Source: a bacterium
Lineage (GTDB): Bacteria; Patescibacteriota; Patescibacteriia; CAZCGY01
Assembly: GCA_043807225.1 (NCBI GenBank)
Contig: JAZDGG010000067.1
Span: 1-61,997, forward strand
DNA: 61,997 nt
Reading direction: 5' to 3'
The position numbers and the translations under genes were made by a program. The notes beneath the pieces were generated by a model that was not told the DNA's origin, ran no database searches, and worked only from the letters and a program-made list of their open reading frames with translations. Positions 9,019 to 14,157 of this stretch are shown in pieces. Numbering within the stretch: position 1 is the first letter of the stretch; each line of letters begins with the position of its first letter.

Positions 9019-9147
9019 GAAGAAACCGAAGTGAACATACGGAAGTATGCGAAGTGTCTGCTCAAAGAAGGCAGCCTAACCGAGAAACGCGAGTTGCTGG
9101 GGAATCTGCGGAGCCGGTTGATCTACAAAGACAAAATAATCACGCTT
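9019..9147 (+). pseudogene. Possible C-terminal remnant of a site-specific (serine-type) recombinase
   Basis: The frame reads [43 protein letters not shown]. From memory, this resembles the ...EKRxLLxxLGSNLxLKDKKL tails of recombinases that integrate next to tRNA genes. There is no upstream catalytic domain. It ends 48 nt from the tRNA-Trp 3' end. Confidence 0.3.
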
Positions 9148-9194
9148 GTCGCGGGACAGGAAATATCTTCGACGATACGCCCATTCAAAGGTCG

Positions 9195-9268
9195 TGGCAG
9201 GGGCGGAAGGTGTTGCGCCCTCGTTTCTGGTTTTGGAGACCAGTGTTCTACTGTTGAACTACGCCCCC
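9195..9268 (-). tRNA. tRNA-Trp (anticodon CCA) with atypical D- and T-loops, CCA encoded
   Basis: The manual cloverleaf is GGGGGCG-TA-GTTC-AACAGTA-GAAC-A-CTGGT-CTCCAAA-ACCAG-AAAC-GAGGG-CGCAACA-CCTTC-CGCCCCT-G-CCA. It is close to the E. coli tRNA-Trp layout, but the D-loop lacks GG and the T-loop lacks TTC. Confidence 0.8.
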
Positions 9269-9342
9269 ATCACGAACGCTGAATTGCATCGAATTTTCTA
9301 CGTGCGAATATCCTTTCGTACAACATTGTAGGCCCGGGCTTG

Positions 9343-9410
9343 CCCCGCGCTTGATGCGGGGTTCTGCCACTGCCCGCCCGCCATCGTTTCGCCTAGGCGC
9401 GGCGGGCGGG
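9343..9410 (-). repeat. Two GC-rich hairpins (REP-like) between the STAS-like gene and tRNA-Trp
   Basis: The first hairpin pairs CCCCGC (9343-9348) with GCGGGG (9356-9361). The second pairs CCCGCCCGCC (9373-9382) with GGCGGGCGGG (9401-9410). The same CCCGCC/GGCGGG words flank the tRNA-Thr genes. Confidence 0.6.
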
Positions 9411-9440
9411 AACTCCACACCCTTGAGTGAGAGAAATCCA

Positions 9441-9890
9441 CTACCAATTCACGGATGCTGCGTGTGCATGCTCCGAGCGAAGCCAATCTTCTGCGGCGCC
9501 TCGACTGGCAAAATAATGAATCTTATCCATGAAAAAGATTGGCGCGAGGAGGATGGCAACGATGGCCCTCTGAATCGTTGTCGCGTGCACAAGCGCGACC
9601 TTTGTCAACCGTTCGTCGCGAAGAAGATGTGTGTACCATTCGCTCGCTTCATGCGGTGGGCGGTGATCCTCGGGAACATTTTTGAGATCGACAAGCGCCG
9701 TCCAGGTTGCATCCCGAGAATGTTCTTTAAGTACAGAGAGACACTCGGCAAACCACTGCGCCTCATGAACAACAGCAGCATCTGATGAGCGCCTCCCGCC
9801 GAACGTAACGGTGATGATGCCATCCTCCGTTACTTCCCACGTCCCGCCGGTTTCGGCAAAGTTCTTCTGTCCAAGAACCTTCGCGATCAT
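9441..9890 (-). CDS. Hypothetical protein, possibly STAS/SpoIIAA-like
   Basis: A strong RBS (AAGGAGGGG) precedes ATG 9890, which lies directly after the rpmG stop. The layout and the C-terminal ...AAEDWL motif resemble STAS/SEC14-like DUF proteins. The functional call is weak. Confidence 0.5.
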   Translation of the reverse strand: MIAKVLGQKNFAETGGTWEVTEDGIITVTFGGRRSSDAAVVHEAQWFAECLSVLKEHSRDATWTALVDLKNVPEDHRPPHEASEWYTHLLRDERLTKVALVHATTIQRAIVAILLAPIFFMDKIHYFASRGAAEDWLRSEHAHAASVNW

Positions 9891-9908
9891 ATCCCCTCCT
9901 TGAACACG

Positions 9909-10064
9909 TTATTTCGTCTCTTTGTGCATGACGTGCTTGCCGCACCATCGGCAGTGTTTCTTGAGCTCAAGCCGGTTTTTGAGGATCTTCTTATTCTTGT
10001 GCGAGAAGTAATTCACGCGGTGGCAGCTTGTACACTCGAGTTTGATGAGATTATCCTGGGACAT
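9909..10064 (-). CDS. rpmG: 50S ribosomal protein L33
   Basis: This ORF is below the ORF-track cutoff. It translates to MSQDNLIKLECTSCHRVNYFSHKNKKILKNRLELKKHCRWCGKHVMHKETK, with the CxxC...CxxC pattern and the HKETK tail of L33. Confidence 0.9.
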   Translation of the reverse strand: MSQDNLIKLECTSCHRVNYFSHKNKKILKNRLELKKHCRWCGKHVMHKETK

Positions 10065-10065
10065 T

Positions 10066-10091
10066 GGAAGTGAAGAGTTAAAAGTGAAGGG
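10066..10091. repeat. Left arm of the inverted GTGAAGAG repeat flanking the four-helix-bundle ORF
   Basis: GGAAGTGAAGAGTTAAAAGTGAAGGG pairs with the reverse complement of 10491..10518. Confidence 0.6.
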
Positions 10092-10454
10092 TTAAAGTGA
10101 TTGGTTGTGAAGTTTTCCTTTGATGAGAATAGCAGTGAGTATGTTTGAAAGAGATTGATTTTTAGACGCGAGTGCTTGAATCGTGCTCGTCAAGGCAGGG
10201 TCGGCTTCTTGAAGAAGCCTCAACCAATATTCGCTTTCCTTCGAAGAGCGCAGTGCAATCTGCATATACTGAAGAAATTCTCTTTTTGAGGAACTACTTT
10301 GCGCCTCGATGATATTTGCGCCAATTGACGTTGCCGAACGAATAAGTTGTTTTCGTAGCGGGTTTTTCAATTCATGATATCGCAGGCCGCTCAGGAACCT
10401 GATGATATGTACGCTGAACTCGTATGATTTTTCTCGGATACTGACGGTTGGCAT
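10092..10454 (-). CDS. Four-helix-bundle protein (23S rRNA intervening-sequence protein / Avd-like family)
   Basis: I take the internal ATG 10454 of ORF 10092..10550. The product MPTVSIREKSYEFSVHIIRFLSGL...LIRSATSIGANIIEAQSSSSKREFLQYMQIALRSSKESEYWLRLL is typical of this family at 120 aa. Confidence 0.85.
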   Translation of the reverse strand: MPTVSIREKSYEFSVHIIRFLSGLRYHELKNPLRKQLIRSATSIGANIIEAQSSSSKREFLQYMQIALRSSKESEYWLRLLQEADPALTSTIQALASKNQSLSNILTAILIKGKLHNQSL

Positions 10455-10490
10455 AGATTCTTGTGGACCCGTCAGTCCGAAAGAGAGATT

Positions 10491-10518
10491 CTTCACTCTT
10501 AACCTTTCGCTCTTCACC
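10491..10518. repeat. Right arm of the inverted GTGAAGAG repeat
   Basis: The reverse complement is GGTGAAGAGCGAAAGGTTAAGAGTGAAG. A third GTGAAGAG box lies at 11051..11066. Confidence 0.6.
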
Positions 10519-10528
10519 GCATTCCCCC

Positions 10529-10603
10529 TCTGGAGCCGGGAATCCCGCAAAGCGGGACGACCTACTGTTTACCCGCCTGCCGATCGCCTGGAGCCGATGG
10601 TCG
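10529..10603 (-). repeat. Direct repeat copy A (75 nt, identical to 10692..10766)
   Basis: The repeat sequence is TCTGGAGCCGGGAATCCCGCAAAGCGGGACGACCTACTGTTTACCCGCCTGCCGATCGCCTGGAGCCGATGGTCG. I checked the identity base by base. Confidence 0.95.
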
Positions 10604-10690
10604 CCCCGGACTATGATCCGGGGGAACCGACGACTCGCCCGCTTCGCTTATGCGAAGCATTGCGAGCGGGCCGACGGCTTATCCCGCACT
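10589..10690 (-). pseudogene. tRNA-Thr-like element with a hairpin in place of the T-loop and without a recognisable anticodon arm
   Basis: The minus strand reads ...GTCGTCGGTT[CCCCCGGATCATAGTCCGGGG]CGACCATCGGCTCCA, against GTCGTCGGTT[CGAGTC]CGACCATCGGCTCCA in tRNA-Thr(UGU). The 5' part is replaced by a long GC hairpin. Confidence 0.6.
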
Positions 10691-10691
10691 T

Positions 10692-10766
10692 TCTGGAGCC
10701 GGGAATCCCGCAAAGCGGGACGACCTACTGTTTACCCGCCTGCCGATCGCCTGGAGCCGATGGTCG
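10692..10766 (-). repeat. Direct repeat copy B (75 nt), made of the last 15 nt of tRNA-Thr(UGU) plus 60 nt of trailer
   Basis: It is identical to 10529..10603 at an offset of 163 nt. Confidence 0.95.
10694..10727 (-). other. tRNA 3'-half-like segment (variable loop, T-arm-like hairpin, acceptor 3' strand, U, CCA)
   Basis: The minus strand reads TAGGTC-GTCCC-GCTTTGC-GGGAT-TCCCGGC-T-CCA. The acceptor strand is complementary to GCCGGGA at 10909..10915. Confidence 0.5.
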
Positions 10767-10827
10767 GACTCGAACCGACGACCGACGGTTTACAAAACCG
10801 TTGCTCTACCAGCTGAGCTACATCGGC
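10752..10827 (-). tRNA. tRNA-Thr (anticodon UGU), CCA encoded, discriminator U
   Basis: The cloverleaf is GCCGATG-TA-GCTC-AGCTGGTA-GAGC-A-ACGGT-TTTGTAA-ACCGT-CGGTC-GTCGG-TTCGAGT-CCGAC-CATCGGC-T-CCA, 76 nt with all stems Watson-Crick. Confidence 0.95.
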
Positions 10828-10897
10828 GCTCGGCGACTGGCGGGCAGGCAAAACAGCTGCGACATTTACCCGCCATAGCCCGAAGGGCATAGGCGGG

Positions 10898-10915
10898 CCA
10901 CTGAGCTATCCCGGC
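10898..10915 (-). other. tRNA 5'-half-like segment (acceptor 5' strand plus the start of the D-arm)
   Basis: The minus strand reads GCCGGGA-TA-GCTC-AGTGG. A GC-rich hairpin (10869..10897) follows where the rest of a tRNA would be expected. Confidence 0.5.
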
Positions 10916-11194
10916 AAAAGAAAGTGCGGGACTCTGACACTGGGCTACGGTGATACGACCGGATAGCTGCACTCTACCAAAAATTGCTGAAAAATCAACC
11001 CCCGCAGAGAATGGTGAAAGGATTAGGGGCAAAGAGTGGTGGGAGTTTTTCTTTTCACTCTTCACTGAATTTTTCTGGAGCCCACGAGCAGATTTTCCGC
11101 CAAAGGCAGATCCGTCTTCCACTTTTATTGAACGGGTATTCTGGCGGAGTACTGCTGACTCGCCCGAAACGCTCAGCGTTTCCCGCCAGCCGCC

Positions 11195-11270
11195 TGGAGC
11201 CGATGGTCGGATTTGAACCGACGACCTACTCCTTACCATGGAGTTGCTCTACCAGCTGAGCTACATCGGC
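11195..11270 (-). tRNA. tRNA-Thr (anticodon GGU), CCA encoded, discriminator U
   Basis: The cloverleaf is GCCGATG-TA-GCTC-AGCTGGTA-GAGC-A-ACTCC-ATGGTAA-GGAGT-AGGTC-GTCGG-TTCAAAT-CCGAC-CATCGGC-T-CCA, 76 nt. Confidence 0.95.
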
Positions 11271-11395
11271 GCCTGGCGGCGGGCGGGTCTACCAACTGAG
11301 CGGAGTTTATCCCGGTCTGCCCCGGGATGGGCAGAAATGGCGGAGCCAACTGCTTGCCCTCCGAAGGACGAAGGAAGGAGCTACATCGGCAAATA

Positions 11396-12211
11396 TTATG
11401 ACGACGGGACGGAGGGAACGCCCTCGGTGATTGCGGCGATGCGTTCGCGAAACTCCGAGAGTTTTTGATTGTCGGGATTCGCCATTTCAAGTTGCGTGAG
11501 CGTCTCAGTGGCAAGCTGTTTCTTGCCAAGAGCGATGCTCACCTCAAGAAGCGCATCAAGACTTTTTGGGTCGTTCGGCTCAATCTCGACCGCCTTTTGG
11601 CACTGTGCGAGCGCTTTCTGCAGAAAACCGGTTTCTTGGTACATCCTCGCAAGATCAATGTAGATCGCCGTCATCCGCGGAGCAAGACGTGTCGCATGCT
11701 CAAGACTCTCTGCCGCATGCGCATAGTCCTTCTTTTGGAGGTAGATTTCTCCAAGCCCCTGGAACGCTTCAGGGGTGCGCGGCTGCAGACTGACGATTTC
11801 GATGTATGCTTGTTCCGCGCGATCCAGTGTTCCCTCTTTCACGAAATGGTCTGCTTCGTTCAGAAGTGCCTGGACGCGGACTTGGGCTTCTGGTTCGGGG
11901 TGATCCTGTCGGAGCGTTTCGCGAACGCGATATTCCCGCTCGAGCTGCTCGACGCGGTTTCGCAATCGGTGAAACTGCTTTTTGGCTCCAAGTTTCACGG
12001 GCTGTGTGTATGCGCTTACCTGGTGAGAAAACGTCGTCAGCTTTCGGTACAACCGGTTCGCAATCAGGTCACCCTTCATCGCCGCAACGCGATCATGCGG
12101 AGCCGCATCAGGATCAATGGTGCGCAGAAAAATCAGCTTGCGAACAACAATGCTCACGAGAACCGCAAACGAGAGGATGAGCAGACCAAGAACGAGCACG
12201 TCAAGCATCAT
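11396..12211 (-). CDS. Membrane-anchored tetratricopeptide (TPR) repeat protein
   Basis: An N-terminal TM helix (LVLGLLILSFAVLVSIVV) is followed by TPR-like repeats (AEQAYIEIVSLQPRTPEAFQGLGEIYLQKKDYAHAAESLEHATRLAP...). Its start overlaps the tsf stop (ATGA). Confidence 0.8.
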   Translation of the reverse strand: MMLDVLVLGLLILSFAVLVSIVVRKLIFLRTIDPDAAPHDRVAAMKGDLIANRLYRKLTTFSHQVSAYTQPVKLGAKKQFHRLRNRVEQLEREYRVRETLRQDHPEPEAQVRVQALLNEADHFVKEGTLDRAEQAYIEIVSLQPRTPEAFQGLGEIYLQKKDYAHAAESLEHATRLAPRMTAIYIDLARMYQETGFLQKALAQCQKAVEIEPNDPKSLDALLEVSIALGKKQLATETLTQLEMANPDNQKLSEFRERIAAITEGVPSVPSS

Positions 12212-12795
12212 AGCTGCATGCGGACAAACCGCTTCAGTTCAATCTTCTCGCCGATCTTTGCGGTTGCTCGCTCAAGCAGTTCTTGAATCGTCACAGTATC
12301 GTCTTTCACGAACGGTTGCAGGAGCAAACAGTGTTCAGCGAAATATTTTTCCATCTTCCCCGCAACGATTTTCTCAATGATCTTTTCTGGTTTTCCTTCG
12401 TGCTGCGCCTGGTCGTGGGCGATCTCCCGCTCCTTGTTGAGGATCTCGTCGGGAATATCGGCCTGGGAGAGATAGGCGGGGTTTGCCGCCACGACGTGGA
12501 GGGCAAGATCGTGCGCCAGCTCGCGGAATCCGTCGTTTCTGGCGACGAAATCCGTTTCACACGCCAGCGCGACGAATGCCGCCACTTTTCCGTTCGTGTG
12601 GACGTATGCGCCAATCACGCCTTCGCGCGCCGTGCGCTCGGACTTTTTCTCTGCGATTTTCTTCCCCTGCTTGCGCAGCAATTCAACGGCTTTCTTCGGA
12701 TCGTCGCCAACGGCGTCGAGCGCTCGCTGGATATCAACGATTCCCGCCCCCGTTTCCTCACGCAATGTTCGAAGAAGTTCTTTTTCGATGGTCAT
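12208..12795 (-). CDS. tsf: Elongation factor Ts (short form, 195 aa)
   Basis: LRTLREETGAGIVDIQRALDAVGDDPKKAVELLRKQG and ACETDFVARNDGF are EF-Ts hallmarks. Confidence 0.95.
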   Translation of the reverse strand: MTIEKELLRTLREETGAGIVDIQRALDAVGDDPKKAVELLRKQGKKIAEKKSERTAREGVIGAYVHTNGKVAAFVALACETDFVARNDGFRELAHDLALHVVAANPAYLSQADIPDEILNKEREIAHDQAQHEGKPEKIIEKIVAGKMEKYFAEHCLLLQPFVKDDTVTIQELLERATAKIGEKIELKRFVRMQL

Positions 12796-13559
12796 GGCAC
12801 GTTCGGTTTCTCTGTCTCGGTTGGCGGGACGGCGATCGCTGGAGGGTTTGCGCGAAGCGCGGCTTGGGCTTCCGCAAACTGCTCTTTTCCTTCCTTAGCG
12901 GCAAGGCCGATCATCCGCGTGATCAGATCAATGGATTTGGTCGCGTCGTCATTCGCAGGAATGGGGTAGAGAATCCCCTGAGGATCCGTATTCGTATCCA
13001 CCATAGCCACAACCGGAATGTCGACCTTCTTCGCTTCGCGGAGCGCCGTTTTCTCCGTCTTGATGTCAACAAGAAAGACTGCCTGCGGCAACGCAGTCAT
13101 CTCGCGCATGCCGCCGACCAGTTTCTCCAGCTTTTCGATCTCCTCATCGAACTTCACGCGCTCTTTCTTCACGTACTTTTCCAGCTTTCCCGCGTTGCGA
13201 TCTGCCGTCAAGGTACGAAGTCGTTCGAGCACCTTCCCCACCGTTCCAAAATTCGTAAAAAGGCCACCAAGCCACCGCTCGGTGACGAATGGCGCTCCGG
13301 CCAGCTCCGCCTCTCGCCGGACGATCTCCTTCGCCTGACGTTTCGTGCCAACAAAAAGAATCGTTCCGCCGCTTGCGGTAATGCCGCGGACAAACTCCTG
13401 TGCGCGCTCAAGCATCGCAACGGTCTTCTCGAGATCGATGATATGGATCCCGTTGCGCGAAGAAAAAATGAATGGCTTCATCCGCGGATGCCACTTTGCC
13501 GTCTGGTGTCCAAAGTGAACGCCGTTTTTGAGGAGTTCGAGAAGTGTGGTGTCTGACAT
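12792..13559 (-). CDS. rpsB: 30S ribosomal protein S2
   Basis: LLKNGVHFGHQTAKWHPRMKPFIFSSRNGIHIIDLEKT is a classic S2 N-terminus. Confidence 0.95.
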   Translation of the reverse strand: MSDTTLLELLKNGVHFGHQTAKWHPRMKPFIFSSRNGIHIIDLEKTVAMLERAQEFVRGITASGGTILFVGTKRQAKEIVRREAELAGAPFVTERWLGGLFTNFGTVGKVLERLRTLTADRNAGKLEKYVKKERVKFDEEIEKLEKLVGGMREMTALPQAVFLVDIKTEKTALREAKKVDIPVVAMVDTNTDPQGILYPIPANDDATKSIDLITRMIGLAAKEGKEQFAEAQAALRANPPAIAVPPTETEKPNVP

Positions 13560-13713
13560 AGAGAGTACTTATGCCGCTACTTCCGTCTCTCCACCGCCCA
13601 GGTGGATGCTCTCCCGGACCCCCGGTTGCTGCCGGGGAGTATCCGAAAAATCAGGAAGTATGTGAGATGCGCCCAAGAAACAGAAGAATCCTGCTGTTTC
13701 AGGAGCACAAAGG

Positions 13714-13742
13714 AGCATACCAAATCATACAGAACTGTGCAA
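13714..13742 (-). promoter_or_regulatory. Sigma70-like promoter for rpsB-tsf (TTGCAC-N17-TATGCT on the minus strand)
   Basis: The -35 element is the reverse complement of 13737..13742 and the -10 element is the reverse complement of 13714..13719. It leaves a structured leader of about 150 nt. Confidence 0.45.
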
Positions 13743-13797
13743 GGAAGCATGAAAAACATCACCAGAACATCGATACCCTCCCTCGGCATCCCGCGTG

Positions 13798-13826
13798 TTG
13801 ACGACAATGGTGAGTTCTGGTAGCGT
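13798..13826 (+). promoter_or_regulatory. Sigma70-like promoter for rpmE (TTGACG-N17-TAGCGT)
   Basis: The hexamers lie at 13798..13803 and 13821..13826. Confidence 0.45.
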
Positions 13827-13853
13827 ACAAGCGCTGAACACTTATTTTTTTCC

Positions 13854-14102
13854 ATGAAGAAGGAAATCCATCCCACCTATTACACCGACGCAAAGGTCAC
13901 CTGTGCGTGCGGCAATACCTTCACGACCGGTTCGACGGTGAAAGAAATTCACACCGAAATCTGTTCGCAGTGCCATCCGTTCTATACGGGGAAGCAGAAG
14001 CTGGTCGACACCGCACGGCGCGTTGATCGATTTCAGCGTCTTTTGGAGAAGAAGGCGACGACCGCACGAAGTGCCAAAAAACCCCGAACGGTCAAAAAGT
14101 AA
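13854..14102 (+). CDS. rpmE: 50S ribosomal protein L31
   Basis: [10 protein letters not shown]...CACGNTF...[13 protein letters not shown] is the L31 zinc-binding type. Confidence 0.95.
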   Translation: MKKEIHPTYYTDAKVTCACGNTFTTGSTVKEIHTEICSQCHPFYTGKQKLVDTARRVDRFQRLLEKKATTARSAKKPRTVKK

Positions 14103-14119
14103 CAACAAAAATCCGTATC

Positions 14120-14145
14120 CCCTTTCCCCTTGCGGAAAGGGTTTT
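14120..14145 (+). terminator. Intrinsic terminator or attenuator between rpmE and prfA
   Basis: The stem CCCTTTCC/GGAAAGGG (8 bp) with loop CCTTGC is followed by TTTT. Confidence 0.6.
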
Positions 14146-14157
14146 CGCTTATCGGCC

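Noticed and set aside
10092-10766. Diversity-generating retroelement hypothesis (an Avd-like four-helix-bundle gene next to repeats).
   Set aside because: No reverse transcriptase is present in the window. The 75-nt repeats are perfect rather than showing adenine-specific differences, and they lie in tRNA-derived DNA, not at the 3' end of a target gene.
10529-10766. CRISPR array.
   Set aside because: There are only two repeat copies, the repeat is 75 nt long and contains a tRNA 3' end, and no cas genes are present.
10828-11194. Hidden tRNA-Tyr and tRNA-Gly genes between the two tRNA-Thr genes, as in the common Thr-Tyr-Gly-Thr cluster.
   Set aside because: The CCA-ending segments at 11076 and 11142 lack matching 5' acceptor strands, canonical T-arms and GUA/UCC anticodon loops. 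At most they are degenerate remnants.
11271-11395. SRP RNA or tmRNA in the structured region upstream of tRNA-Thr(GGU) (the GAAGGAAGGAGC string).
   Set aside because: The resemblance to the SRP GGAAGCAGCC motif is partial, and there is no tmRNA-type acceptor or tag reading frame.
10402-11529. ORFs crossing the tRNA-Thr locus (10402..10878, 10463..10816, 10650..10892, 10790..11239, 10984..11259, 11233..11529).
   Set aside because: They read through tRNA genes and repeats; the duplicated peptide SRESRKAGRPTVYPPADRLEPMV is just the 75-nt repeat translated. There is no ribosome-binding site or coding signal.
11465-13556. Long plus-strand ORFs 11465..12286, 12283..12969 and 12483..13556.
   Set aside because: They are antisense to the TPR gene, tsf and rpsB. 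None shows a recognisable domain, so they are shadow ORFs.
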